From NCBI RefSeq assembly GCF_006345805.1, contig NC_043005.1, positions 77,686,001 to 77,750,000 of the forward strand: a stretch of DNA of 64,000 nt, written 5' to 3'. A program made the translations under genes and the position numbers. The DNA comes from Octopus sinensis. Taxonomy: Eukaryota. Shown one piece after another: positions 50,099 to 63,002 of the stretch. Under the pieces are notes generated by a model that saw nothing but the letters and a program-made list of their open reading frames with translations, did no database searches and was not told where the DNA came from. Each line of letters opens with the position of its first letter. The stretch's first letter is position 1.

Positions 50099-50823
50099 TT
50101 GGTGGAGCTCCAGCATGGCCATAGCCTTAGGGCTGAACCGTATAAATGAATAATAGAATATAGGTGTGTGTGTGTATAAGATGTGTTCCTTTTAGTTTCT
50201 CATCCAAACCAATTTTCAAGGCTTTCTTCGGCCCGGGACCGTAGTAGAAAACACTTACCTAAGGTGCCATGCAGTAGGAGTGAACACAGAAACATGTTGT
50301 TGGGAAGGAAATTTATTAACACATATCCATGCCCACGCATGATTATATCAAGAAAATTTTGTTCAGAAAATCAACAAAGAACCATGCCTTGAATTCAGCC
50401 GGAATCTATATTTAATTGTATATTTAATTATATAATTGAGAGTATATTTTTTCTCTCACATCCGTTCCGTGTTATGAGACTGATGTGAAAGGAATCGTAA
50501 AAATATAATGAGAAAGAGCTCGGAGTTTGGGGTGGGTGGCAGTAAATTGTAAAGCAATTCTTTCGCAGAGAGACACGACCACCAAATTCCTTTGACCCTT
50601 TCCTTCTTCATGAGGTAATAGGTGTAATAGTAAAAATTTACCTGAGTGACTGTTTATAGTTGTTTATCTTTGTCGTGGAATACTTATAATTTAATGGAAT
50701 TCGTGAGAAAGTACGAAAGCCTAGTAATTTGGTTGTTGAGTTTCATGAACAGAATGGAGGGGGTCTCATTCCTGCACATGTGAAGATGTGAGGACCGAGA
50801 GAGTGTTTAGCGCCTACTACATA

Positions 50824-51078
50824 AAAATAAATAAATGCGCCCTTTAAAACCCAGCTAAGCTCATGGGCCCGGTTTCCCGGTTTCATTGGGGTATGTGTTC
50901 CCTAGCTGGACGCCAGTCCATCGCAGCGTCACTCATTTTTGCCAGCTGAGTGGCCTGGAGCAACGTGAAATGAAGTGTTTTGCTCAAGAACACAACGCAT
51001 CGCCCGGTCCAAGAATCGAAACCACAATCTTACGATCATGATACTGACACCCTAACCACTAAGCCACGCGTCTCCACA
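50824..51078 (-). mobile_element. tRNA-headed SINE with a clean 16-bp TSD
   Basis: TSD tagcgcctactacata at 50808-50823 and 51079-51094; A box tggcttagtggttagg, B box gtttcgattct; empty site at about 58830. Confidence 0.92.
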
Positions 51079-51239
51079 TAGCGCCTACTACATACGCGCC
51101 TAAAACAAGTGAATGTTTGTTGATGTGATACACTGCTTGCTATGCAGTCATGCGTGGCGAGCAGTGTATTTTAAATGAAATATGGAATTGTAGATTATAA
51201 GCAACAGGTAAACTCAATGCCATCTTTTTTATTAAAAAA

Positions 51240-52135
51240 AAGTGCTCCAGCCGTGGCCATCCATTTTGAAACCTTACAACTATGACCATATAATCTTTTA
51301 TAAAAAGCGCAGTACTGTGACCATTCTTTCCTTTTTATATTATAACCATCACCAAAACTGTTTTTTAAACGCTGTCCAACTGAGACAATCCATGCTTTTT
51401 AAAATCTTATAACCATAACAATAGTCTTTTGAAACAGATGTTCCAGCCGTGACCATCCACACATTTAAAAAACCTTATAACCGTGACAGAGTCTTTTTAA
51501 AAGACGCTCTACGACCAACCACCCTTTTAAATCATACCGTCGTTTGTAAAAGGCGCGCCAGTAGTGACCAGCTACTCATTGAAGACCTTATGACCGTAAC
51601 CATAGTATATTTTAAAAGACTGTAACCATCCACTCCTTTTGAAAACTTAACTGACAAATGGCAGCTTAAAAAAAAAACGCTCCAATTCTGACCATCCATT
51701 CTGTTTTATATCATAAACATAAACGGTTTTTTAAACGCGGTCTGTGACCATTTACACTTACTGAAACCTTATAACCGTGACAATAGTCTTTTATAAAGGC
51801 GCTCCAACTGTGACTATCCATTTTTTCAAATCGGATAACCGTCGTCATAAAAAGCGCTCCAACTGTGGCCATCCACTGTTAATAGTGACTACACCGTGCG
51901 ATCATGCACTCTTTTAAAAGTCTTGTAATTGTGATCATACTTTTTAAAGCCTTACAACTAACCATTGTCTCTTTTAAATGTGCTCCAACTGTGACCATCC
52001 ACTCGTATTCAAGTTTTATAAATCTGATCATACCGTCTTTTATAACGTTTTAACTGTGAACATATTGTTTTTAAAAAGCGCTACAACTGTGACCATCTAA
52101 TCTTTTTAAAGCATACCTACTGATTACCTGGTTAT
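51240..52135 (+). repeat. Second array of the ccaactgtgaccatcc minisatellite
   Basis: Same motif set as 48070-49340. Confidence 0.85.
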
Positions 52136-52331
52136 TTTTGTATAGCTTTCCAACCATGACCGTCCCACATTCCAAACATAGCGATCTTGTCTTTTTTAAA
52201 GCCAAACACGCAGTCTCGTTTTTACCTTTTGTTAATTATTACGTAATATATAGTCGAAAGTATACTTTGCCTGTAAAGTAAAGATGGAATGGCATGGATG
52301 GAATACTTTCGAACATAGGTCTCCGTTGGAT

Positions 52332-52569
52332 GAAGGCGGCGAGCTGGCAGAAACGTTAGCACGTCGGGCAAAATGCTTAGCAGTAATACGTCTGCCGTTA
52401 CGTTCCGAGTTCAAATTCCGCCGAGGTCGACTTTGCCTTTCATCCTTTCGGGGTCGATTAAATAAGTACCAGTTACGCACTGGGGTCGATATAATCGACT
52501 TAATCCGTTTGTCTGTCCTTGTTTGTTCCCTCTGGGTTTAGCCCCTTGTGGGTAGTAAAGAAATAGGTA
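52332..52569 (+). mobile_element. Young family-B SINE with a 10-bp TSD
   Basis: tccgttggat / tcagttggat flanks; empty site at about 49600. Confidence 0.9.
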
Positions 52570-53059
52570 TCAGTTGGATTCAGAACTAACCTGTCTTTAA
52601 ATAAATGTCTTGACTACAACACTGTGCAAATCCCCTTTTCGACGTTGATTTTTTTTTTTTTTTCAAATTTTGCTAGTATTACTCATTGGACTGCGGTCAT
52701 ACTGGAGCACCGGGTCGAAGGGTTTAACCGAACAAATCGACTTCGGATATTGTTTGTTTTTCGTTGTTTTTCTTTTCTCTGAAGTTTGGTGCTTTTTCTG
52801 TCGGAAGCTTTTTGGCGAACCACTAAATTACGGTTCGCACTGGTTTTCAAGCGGTTGTGGGGGCAAAAAAACCATAAATATGTTTCCTTGTTTATGTGTG
52901 TGTGTGCGTGTTGGAGAAATTTAATCATAACCAATTCTGACTGAGGGTGCTGAATCGCATCTATATTGCTAGAAATAAGAGTTAAAACCCTTCAAACTGC
53001 ATAAACGCACATTTATATACACTGACAGGGGGAGATAACCACCATATGAGCAAAGATGG

Positions 53060-53109
53060 AAACAGCTGACTAGTTTCGCCTGTTAATCGCAGGCTCCTCA
53101 GCAGTGTTT
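53060..53109 (-). ncRNA. Minimal type I hammerhead ribozyme candidate (Penelope-type)
   Basis: CUGAGGA-GCCUG-cgauuaa-CAGGC-GAAA-C-ua-GUC: complete catalytic core, 5-bp stem II and palindromic stem III (ACUAGU). Only the outer 5 bp of stem I pair. Confidence 0.55.
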
Positions 53110-53307
53110 ACCCCCGTTGCTCGGATCGTTCAGCTAAAACCACTGACAGTCTTTATGTTTACCATATAAAATTTACGGCTGATTTAGCGAAATACTTATG
53201 TGTATACTAAAAGTTAAGGCGATCCTTCGGTATAAATACACATGCGACTTTGTTTACATTTCTGAAGAAAACAGAAACCCTTTTCTCCCACCCCTAACGC
53301 TAAACCC

Positions 53308-53342
<35 letters not shown>

Positions 53343-53411
53343 CAAACACTTTCTTGAAATGTATCCGGTACTTATACCGAAGTTACGCCAAAATTAATAT
53401 AAGCAGCTAAG

Positions 53412-53758
53412 CGCAAACTCTGAGCACCTCTTCAAACTCCACCCATCTAACACCCGTGGACATATTTACAAAGTAAGAAAACAGCACAGCTCCCATGACT
53501 TCAGGAAACATTTTTTCACGCTGAGAGTTGCTGAAGCGTGGAACAAACTGCCGGCATCGGTTGTTAGTTGTCGGAGCACTGCATCCTTCAAAACTTCCAT
53601 GCTTCCTGAGATTCGCCAACACTACACTTGATACACACACAAGCATGTTCACTTTCCAGACATTTCTACATTACTGCATGTACTTTATATGCACTTTCTG
53701 ACAAGTTGTGGTGCACCTGAGCACTGTATACAATAATTTCATTATTATTATTATTATA
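53412..53758 (+). mobile_element. CR1/L2-group LINE 3' stub (family of 1854-2650) with (ATT)n tail
   Basis: Aligns with the reverse complement of 1880-2170. Confidence 0.85.
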
Positions 53759-54104
53759 AATTCATAACGGAAAAATTTAATCTTCACTAATTGTGCCTGA
53801 GGGTTCTGAATCGCACCTATATTACTAGAAATAGAAGTGAAAGCCCAGAAGCTGCATTAACGCACATTTGGTTTGGTCGGTCTGGGGCTATAGAAGAAGA
53901 CTTGCAAAGGTACCTATCGGTGGGACTGAACTCGGAGCCATGTGGTTGTGAAACAAATTTCTTACTACACAGCCATGCCTGTGTGCATGATGCCAACAGA
54001 ATTTAGAAAAGAAAAATAACAAAAGCTCGTGGTATGAATTCAGAGCTAGTGTCAAAATAAATAAATGGGTATTTTATTTTTCTGTTACACTTATCATATG
54101 AGAT

Positions 54105-57100
54105 AGGGGAACCCTAGCCTCAAGGGTCTACTAGAGAGCTTTGATCTAGTGGACCGTTACCGACTGGATGAGCCGAGCGTTCCACAGTGGACGTGGAGTA
54201 ACAACGACGGCTCACACAGATCGTATCTAGATAGGATATTTATTAAGAAAAGAGATAAGGATACGTTTAGTTGTCCACAATTTCATATTGTACCTTACTC
54301 GGATCACAAATTTGTGACGTGTAGGATGCAATTAGACAAGTGTCATAGACAGGGACCCGGGTACTGGAAGCTGAACAAGGCTATTTTGAATTGTGAAGAC
54401 TTCCGTACCCGGATTAAGGTGTTAGTTCAGAGGGCATTGTGTGGCACCATCATTAACAATAGATGGTGGCACGCCCTCAAAAGAGCCATTCGTTCAGAGT
54501 CCGTTAGATTTAGCAATCAGCTAAGGATAGATAGGGCTAGTCTAGAGGGCGATTTAGTTAAGAATCTAGACGAGGCAATGGAAGCTGGCTCTGCATCCGG
54601 AGTGTTGGCGGCAAGGACGGTATTGTACCGTCACCTTAACTCCAAACACGAAGGTTGCAGAGTCAGAGCTAAGCTACGCGCCGGGAAACGAGAAGGTATT
54701 AACGTGGCCGGATGGGCCCGTCGTGTGGAGAGTCAGAGAGGCAACAGAGCCTCAATCAAATCTTTGACTGACGAACAGGGACAAAAGATCTATGGACAGG
54801 AGGAGATGCAAAAGTTTCTTCACCAGCATTTCGCCCGCGTGTTCGGGGGTGGTGGTTCGCTGGATCGGGGGAGAGCCTTAAAGGACTTCCTAGCCGGCGG
54901 ACCGCGGCTCGCGGGGCGTGAGGTGGAGTGCTGTGAAGGAGCGATCACTCCCGCGGAGATAAAGGAGATACTGGCCGGATGCGCCGGGGAGAAGTCGCCG
55001 GGGTTGGATAGTCTGCCCTACGAGTTTTACCAAAGTATGCCGGACTTGTTCGGGGGAATACTGGCGGGCGTCTACACGAATTGGCAGCAGAATGGGAGAA
55101 TTCCCAGTTCTGTAAGCCGGGGAGTGGTGACGCTAATCCAGAAAGACCCGAGCAAGGGGGATAACATCAGTAACTACAGGCCCATAACTCTACTTAATGT
55201 AGAGTTAAAGATTTTGGCCAAGGTGTTGGCAAAAAGGTTGACGGTTGTCGTGGAGAAACTTGTAGGGAGAGCACAGACATGTGCAATTCCAGGCAGGTCG
55301 ATCCAGGACAACCTTCACCTTATACGCTACACCTTAGATAGGGTGGGTAAATTAGCCGGCAAAGGCGGGGTAATGGTCCATTTAGACCAAAGTAAAGCCT
55401 TCGATAGGGTAGACCATGGGTACCTGGCGACGGTCCTCGAAGCGGCTGGGCTGGGCCCTGAATTTCGCGGGTGGATCTCCGCTATGTATAGCGGCATCAA
55501 GTCCACCGTCCAGATAAACGGTTACCTAACGGAACCGTTTTCGATCGAGTGTTCAGTGCGTCAGGGGTGCCCCTTGTCACCACTTTTGTACGTATTGGCT
55601 CTTGAGCCATTGCTGCGAAAGTTGGAGAGGCTGGGGAGTAACTCGGATGAAATCGGAGGTGGGAGGACGGTTACTGCTTATGCGGATGACGTCACCCTCA
55701 TCGTGTCCAAAGAGGCCCAACTACCTTGTGTAGAGGAGGCTATCAGAGGATACGAGGCGGTGGCAGGAGCAAAGGTTAACAAGGACAAATCGGTTGGCTT
55801 GCGCCTCGAAACCTGGAGGAGCAAGTCGATATCGTCCAGTGTCGTGGGACACTGGACGGATGGCCCTGTTAAGTTGCTGGGAGTTTGGTTTGGGCCAGAC
55901 TCCCAAACGGAGAAGAACTGGAGTGAGGTGACAAGCAAGGTGGAAGCCATAGTACGGACCTGGTCCAGAAGGTTTCTGTCCTTGAAAGGAAAGGCGGAGG
56001 TGGTGCAGATGTTCATTGCATCTGTAATCACCTACCGCCTGACCGTTGTCCCTTGCCCCGATTCATGGCTTAACAAGTTGGAGCGAATCCTTTTCCGCTT
56101 TTTGTGGAAAGGAGGAAAGCCACTTGTGAGGCGCTCCGTTTGCTGCCAGGAACCGTTAAAGGGTGGGTTAGGAATGCCTTGGTTGATGATGCGCAGACAT
56201 GCGTTGAGGCTAAGGCATCTCTGGCACCACCTGGAAGGTGATAAGGTGTGGAGTCCGCTGGCAGGGGGATTTTTCCGAGACCGGCCTCCTTAGTGAATTT
56301 TAAACCCGGTTACATCAAAAGATGGAAACTGACTCCATGGCAAAAGGAGTGCCGACAGGCACTCACGCTGATCCACAAGGCGGGCAAGGCCGGCTGCGGA
56401 AATACCACCTCGGTATTTTATAGAGGGCTGGTAGAGGCAAAAAACGACGACGTCCTAGGAGGGGCTCTGGGGTTTGATGAAGACCAGCTTGCCAACCTGT
56501 TTAAAAAAACTTTCAGGTCGGGGTATTTGGATAATTTCCAAGATCCCTGGCCTGGCAGTGTTATAGGAATGCTTTACCTGTTCGCGAGAAGTTATCACGG
56601 CACGGAGTTTCAGTGCCACCGACGTGTCCAAGGTGCGAGTTGGACGATGAAACCGTCCAGCACGCTTTTGTTCACTGTCGGAAGTTGTCCGACTTGATAA
56701 GTTACGCAGAACACGTGTTATCGCATCTGGGACGAGTACAGCTGTCGGCTGAGTCTATGATTAAGATGATACCGTCAACTGGACTCTCGAAGGAAGGTGA
56801 GGCATGTTTTCACTGCACGGTTGCAGTAGTAAAGGAATGCGTGTGGAGAACGAGAATGGAAGGAGCCGCGATAGGATCCTTTGTCTCCGGCCCCAGCTTG
56901 CTCACTTACTTCAGATATCATCTGAAGAGCAAAATGGGGCTGGAAAAGAGGATCTTACCGCGGCGTGTGTATGAGAAAAGATGGAAGGAAGTGGAAAAAA
57001 AGGTGGGTGTCAGAAACCCAGCTTGACCATGGAGGAGAGAGAGGAAGTGGAAGCTGCAGGGCCTCATAAATTGCCGGGGTGTAGAGGCTCCAGTGAGATC

Positions 57101-57285
57101 ATAAGTCATGTACTGTGGTTTGTTCTACTAGGTCATGTAAAAGACATTTATTTTTATTTTTATAAATGAATAATTCAAATGTAAACGAAAATTTTTAAAA
57201 CGAATCTCTTAACTGTTTTTTTTTTTGCATGTATGTCCTGTATTTGTCCTTCTATGTGTGATTATATAATCATAATAAAGAAATA
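54105..57285 (+). mobile_element. 5'-truncated Tx1-like (L1 group) LINE, 3181 bp, with a 16-bp TSD
   Basis: Endonuclease end (SYLDRIF, SDHKFV, GYWKLN), RT (KSPGLD, YRPITLLN, LDQSKAFDRVDH, RQGCPLSPLLY, AYADD) and C-terminal CPRC..ETVQHAFVHC. Two frameshifts near 56260 and 56540. TSD acttatcatatgagat at 54089-54104 and 57286-57301. Confidence 0.93.
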
Positions 57286-57479
57286 ACTTATCATATGAGA
57301 TGGGTGTAGAAGAAATTGTAAAAAACTAACCGAAAATGAGCACGGAATTCGGGGTGGGTGAAACTTTATGTCAAAAAAAAAAAAAAATTCTTTCAGAGAG
57401 GGGAACAACCACCTAATTTCTTGCGCTTTTCCTTCTCCATGAAGTAGGGATAGCAGTTCCCGAAGTCCGTCGACAAGAG

Positions 57480-58626
57480 GGCATACCTATACAATTGTGC
57501 CCCGCCGCTTTTGTTTTCTTACAACTTCTAGGAAAATGAATATTTTTTCTCTTTTTAATGAAATTGTTTACAAATACGTTTCAGATGGGGGAAGATTGCT
57601 ATTATATCGGTATTTAATGTGAAATTTTTTTCGCAGGGTAACGCGGGGAGTTTCGGAAATTTCACAAAAATCAGTTTTGTTGCCTCATATCTTTTAGAAA
57701 AAATGGGTAATTTTTAAATGACATTTTCTTCAAAAACTTTTCAGAGTGTGTCAATTACAATTATATAAGAATTTAATATGAAAAAGAAAACTGGTGCACT
57801 CGTTCGTACCCATACATTTGATACATCACAATATTTTGTTTTTCCGAAATTTTAAGTTTCATTTTGTAGACATATTTTATATGTGTCGCTATATATGTGT
57901 ACTTTTTTGGGCAATCTTTCGTCTCTAGTAGACCTTTCCGTCGATTTCCGTAAAAAAAATTTTTTTTTTACATATGGGCTTGCGGGAACTTTTGAAGTAA
58001 TGAGAACGAAAGAGACTAAGAGAAAGCGATTGTATGACGAAGGAAGTTCTTTTGAAGTTACCGTGCATGTGAAGCATTGATGTACATGTGTGTGTGTGTG
58101 TGCGTGTGTGTGTGTGTGTGTTTGATGGGGTGTGGGAGACAGACAGTATGTTGTGTAAGTGAAGTGCTTCTGTTAGTGTGTGTGAAGAGACAGAGTAATG
58201 TGTGAAAGAAAGAGATAACTGAAATTTTTTACTCGCTGTATGTGTATATGTATGTATATTACTTCAAAAGTTCCCGCAAGCCCATATGTAAAAAAAAAAA
58301 AAAATTTACGGAAATCGACGGAAAGGTCTACTAGAGACGAAAGATCGCCCTTTTTTTTTTTCATATTTAATTCCGATATAATCGTAATCTACATATTTTG
58401 AAAGGTATTTGTTAAAGATTTCATCAAAATTATCCGCTTCTTTGAAAGTTGACAAAGCAAAGTCGATTCATTTTCTGTAGTTCTATCAACACAAATTCCA
58501 ATATAATCAGAATTTGCATCATCTGAAGCGTATTTGTAGAAAAATTCGTTAAGAAATATCCATTTTTCCGGAATTTATGAGGAAACAAAGTTGAAGCGGC
58601 GGAGAGCACAATTGTGTAGGTATGCC
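57480..58626. mobile_element. Older non-autonomous DNA transposon (GGCATACC termini) hosting a MITE
   Basis: Imperfect TIRs of about 70 bp (ggcatacctatacaattgtgc.ccgccgctt / aagcggcggagagcacaattgtgtaggtatgcc); candidate TSD gacaagag/gatcagag. Confidence 0.65.
57910..58349. mobile_element. MITE family M2
   Basis: Long TIRs; TSD cttttttg/cttttttt; matches 44130-44541. Confidence 0.85.
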
Positions 58627-59217
58627 GATCAGAGTTTGGTGACAGGTGTAAATAGTAAAAATTAACCTGAGTAGGTGTTTATAACAGGTTTTCTTTGTCA
58701 TGAAGTATTTATATTTTAATAGAATTAGTGAGAAAATACGTAACCTAGTAATTTGGTTGTTGAGTGGATGAACACAATGGAGGGTCCCATTCCTGCACAT
58801 GTGAAGATGTGAGGACCGAGAGGGTGTCTAGCGCCTACTACATACGCACCTAAAACAAGCGAATGTTTGTTGGTGATATCCTGCTTACTATATAGTCACA
58901 CCTTACGTCTGTTATATTTTAAATCAAATCTGAAATTGTTGGTCACATGGCAGGTAGACAATTTTCTTTTGTATATTTCCTGGTGACTTACAAGTTTCTT
59001 TCTGAATTACGTAATTTCTTTGATGTTTTGGGTTTTCTAATAGTTTGGGGAAATACTATTTCTCATGTTATCTTCTCAGCCTGAGTGAGTTATCGTTACG
59101 TCACTGCTTTGACAGTAGTAACTACCTTGACACCTGGACTATTTAAACACATCGCCCAGTACTTTTTTAGTGTGAACAACTAATTGTAAAAGTGCTGGAA
59201 AGAGAGAAACAGATACG

Positions 59218-60288
59218 ATGGCCGTTATCCCATCGTGCTTCCAACTCACTGAAGAATTCGGTATTAAATGGATTCACCCAGACTATTACAGTTGTTTGGA
59301 ATATATAGGAGGAGGCAGTTTCAGTAACGTGTCATTTGCTCATAACAAACTTACTGAATCGAAGGTGGCCATTAAGCAACTGTATCGGCCTTTCTCTTCG
59401 TTGACTACAACTAAACGTACATACCGCGAGGTCTGCTTGCTAAAACACATGAAACACAAAAATGTTATCGATCTGGTCGATATATTTACAACAGCAATAT
59501 GTAAAAATGACTTGGATAATCTCTACCTCGTTTCCACATTCTATCCGAAAGATTTGAAAACGATGTTGAAAAGCGAGGAGATGGGGTTACCCCTCATCAA
59601 GTCCCTGGTCTACCAAATATTCTGTGGACTCTATTATATTCATTCAGCCGGGGTCATCCACCGTGACTTAAAACCCAACAACATCGGTGTTACGTCTGAT
59701 AATTGCATCAAAATTATGGATTTTGGCCTGGCACGACAGGTCAGTCTTAAAATGACGGGTTATGTGCAAACCCGATGGTACCGAGCTCCAGAAATAATCC
59801 TTAACTGGGAAAAATACAATCAGACAGCCGATGTGTGGTCTGTGGGTTGTATCCTGGGTGAAATGTTAACAAAACAAGCTGTGATTCGAGGGCATAATTT
59901 CAACGACCAGGTAAAGCAGATATTATGTCTAGTCGGAACACCGGATTATGAAATGCTAAAGAAATTTACCAGTGAAGATGCTATGGATAGGATTAAACAA
60001 TTCGGAACCTTTGTAAAACAAGATTTCTCAACTTTTTTTAATACCACAGATGAAGATACACTTAATCTTTTGGATCAAATATTTAATTTAGATGTAGATA
60101 ACCGAATCTCTGTGGACGATGCAATGAAACATCGTTTCTTCGAGGACCATTTCCAAAAGACTGACTGTAAGCATGCGCCAAATTTTTGTGACAGATTTTG
60201 CGATATTGAATTGAACCAAATGGAATGGTTAGGACTTATTTACGAGGAAATCAAAGACTTCAACTCTAATACACAAACACACACATAA
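59218..60288 (+). CDS. Intronless divergent p38-family MAP kinase, copy B (356 aa)
   Basis: Intact ORF with all catalytic motifs (VAIK, HRDLKPNN, DFG, TGY, APE); about 51 substitutions and one 2-aa indel versus copy A by manual alignment. Confidence 0.93.
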   Translation: MAVIPSCFQLTEEFGIKWIHPDYYSCLEYIGGGSFSNVSFAHNKLTESKVAIKQLYRPFSSLTTTKRTYREVCLLKHMKHKNVIDLVDIFTTAICKNDLDNLYLVSTFYPKDLKTMLKSEEMGLPLIKSLVYQIFCGLYYIHSAGVIHRDLKPNNIGVTSDNCIKIMDFGLARQVSLKMTGYVQTRWYRAPEIILNWEKYNQTADVWSVGCILGEMLTKQAVIRGHNFNDQVKQILCLVGTPDYEMLKKFTSEDAMDRIKQFGTFVKQDFSTFFNTTDEDTLNLLDQIFNLDVDNRISVDDAMKHRFFEDHFQKTDCKHAPNFCDRFCDIELNQMEWLGLIYEEIKDFNSNTQTHT

Positions 60289-60459
60289 TATAAACTTCCA
60301 TTTCTGCGCTATTTAAAAACAAATGTTTTCAGATTATTTACGGATCTCTTTTTTTAAAAAAATGACTTTTATTTCAATTCCACATTTGTCACAAATACCT
60401 TAAATTATAGACATTTAGGAATCTAAAAAAAAAAATATTTCTCAACCTGATCTAAGTCC

Positions 60460-60465
60460 AATAAA
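60460..60465 (+). promoter_or_regulatory. Candidate polyadenylation signal of kinase copy B
   Basis: AATAAA about 170 nt after the stop, within a 3' motif that is also recognisable downstream of copy A. Confidence 0.4.
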
Positions 60466-61134
60466 GTTTAAATACAGATGTAAATAGCTCTCATATACCG
60501 CTATATCGCCAAAGAAAGCCCCAATATTTTCTTTCTGTTTTGTTCAACATGATTTAATCTTTTAATTTAAGAAAGAAATACATTCATTTTAAATTAACAT
60601 TGTTTTTTTATAATTGTTCAGAAATTAATTGTTAATTATGCCAAAGTATTTTTACAACTTTTTTTCCCCCAGTGTGTGTATGATTGTCGTTTTGTTGACC
60701 TACAAACTTAATTACTCAATTATTAAAGTACATGTGAGCGAGTTACTATCGTAGGTGATAAATGTTGATATGGAATTAGGGCCTTATTTAATGAATCATT
60801 TGTTATTCCATTTCTAAATTAATTATTACAAGTTTATGTCATTGTTCAGTCATTGCATTTTTATTTTTTTACATTTCTAAAATAAATTTTAATAAATTCT
60901 AGTCGGAATTGACATACATGCATCTCTATTCGAATATTTTTGTTTTCTTTTCGAGGTGAGTTGATAGTTTGCAATTACTTTGACATATATTGCTATTTAT
61001 TTTTAAGGTGTATCTACACCAGTGTGTGTGATTCCTTATAATTTCCAGATGCCTTTCCGGCATTCTTCCCATTTGACTCGCAGAAACGTCAAACTCGATC
61101 ATATGGGTTGTTCATTAATTTTCGTAAAAATTTT

Positions 61135-61350
61135 TTTTATTACATCCGCCTTTGAAGATAGAGGTGTTGTTTTCAGTCGCGTTTGCTTTTTAGGGTGCTT
61201 TTTAGTTTGTTTGTCCGTGGGCAAGATATCTCAAGAACAGCTAATGGATTCGGATGAAACTTTCAGAGATGCTTGGCCTCGTGACTGGCACGAACTGATT
61301 AGATTTTGGGATCGATCCGGTACCGGACAAGGATTCTGGATTATTTTTCC

Positions 61351-61382
<32 letters not shown>

Positions 61383-61940
61383 GCATTCCTTCGATATAAC
61401 TCGACAAAATCAAAACATTTCACTTCGGGTATTTCCGTGGGTTGTGGAGTATAGATATAATGTCTCTTTTTAAACTTGAAGAAAAAAAGCCTTGCATATT
61501 TGTTCTTACCTGTTTCATGTGTGTAGGTAAAATCTGCAAATTTCCAAGCAAAAAACAGCATCGAACTGTCATTTCACCCGAAGTGAAATGTTTTGATTTT
61601 GTCGAGTTATATCGAAGGAATGCCTTTTTTTTTTTTTTTTACTTAATTTTTGAGATCGATCGGGTTCATTTCTTGTGAGAGCTGTCGAGGTGCGCGCGCG
61701 TGTCGTATTCAGCTCTGTATTTGTACTCAGTCACACTCGCACACACACACACACGTACACCGATTATCTTTCATATACACGTACATACATAAATACATAT
61801 GCATACCTGTTTTTGGCGAAAGTAAAGAGTACGTACACCCGGTGTTTAGGGTTTAGTGTTAGGATTAAGGTTAGGGTTTTTGTTACGCCGAAAACGGGTG
61901 GTGTCCATATTCCTTACCTCCGCCATGGAGGTAATAAATA
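61135..61940 (+). mobile_element. HINE/Helentron-associated-like non-autonomous element
   Basis: 5' ttattacatccgcc, internal tgtttgtcc and gatgaaacttt motifs, 3' hairpin ttacctccgccatggaggtaataa. Confidence 0.55.
61382..61624. mobile_element. MITE with perfect 49-bp TIRs (GGCATTCC terminus) inserted in a poly-T run
   Basis: 61382-61430 is the exact reverse complement of 61576-61624. Confidence 0.85.
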
Positions 61941-62102
61941 ATTTAGACAAATGCGTATAATTCGATTAGTGTGTTTAGATGTTGAGCAGAGAACCGGCAC
62001 AGTTTAAGCTACCTGTTGTCATCCTCAGCTGTGGTACATTTCCGCTGGATCTACTTCAGGGACTCCGCAGTGGCAGTTAGGGCAATAGTATTACTTAATA
62101 GT

Positions 62103-62500
62103 AAGGCGGCGAGCTGGCAGAAACGTTAGCACGCTGGGCGAAATGCTTAGCAGTATTTCGTCTGCCGCTACATTCTGAGTTCAAATTCCGCCGAGGTCGA
62201 CTTTGCCTTTCATCCTTTCGGGGTCGATTAAATAAGTACCAGTTACGCACTGGGGTCGATATAATCGACTTAATCCGTTTGTCTGTCCTTTGTCCTCTCT
62301 GTGTTTAGCCCCTTGTGGGTAGTAAAGAAATAGGTATTTCGTCTGTTTTTACATTCTGAGTTCAAATTCCACCGAGGTCGACTTTACCTTTCATCCTTTG
62401 AGGGTAGATAAATTAAGTACCAGTTGCATACTGAGGTAGATCTAATCGACTGATCCCCTCCCCCAAAATTTTGGGCCTTGTGCCTAGAGTAGAAAAGAGT
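62103..62500 (+). mobile_element. Full family-B SINE followed directly by a 5'-truncated family-B-like copy
   Basis: The tail aaagaaataggtatttc runs straight into gtctg...gagttcaaattcc of the second copy. Confidence 0.85.
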
Positions 62501-62794
62501 ATTAATAAGTAGTAGGAGACACTTGCCCAAGGTGCCACGCAGTGGAATTGAACCCAGAACCATGTGGCTGGTAAGCAAGCTACTTACCACACTGCCACTC
62601 CTGTGCCTAGTGAAGCATTTAGTAAAATAACTTTGTCTTTATTAAGTTTGTATGTAAGCTGGTGAGCTGGCAGAATTGTTAGCTCCACGGACAAAATGTT
62701 CAGTGGCATTTCTTCTGGGTTTTTACCTTTCAATTCTGGTGGGGTCGACTTTGCCTTTCATTCTTTCAGGGTTGATAAAAAAGATGCCAGTGAA

Positions 62795-62961
62795 TGAGTG
62801 GCTGTGCTGTAAGTAGCTTGCTTACCAACCACATGGTTACGGGTTCAGTCCCACTACATGGCACCTTGGGTAAGTGTCTTCTACTATATAGCCTTGGGCC
62901 GACCAAAGCCTTTTGAGTGGATTTGGCAGACCGAAACTGAAAGAAGCCCATTGTAGATATG

Positions 62962-63002
<41 letters not shown>

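Noticed and set aside
55678-56031. Antisense ORFs over LINE RT regions (also 11043, 11433, 2402, 17122, 17431)
   Set aside because: Shadow frames of transposon coding sequence.
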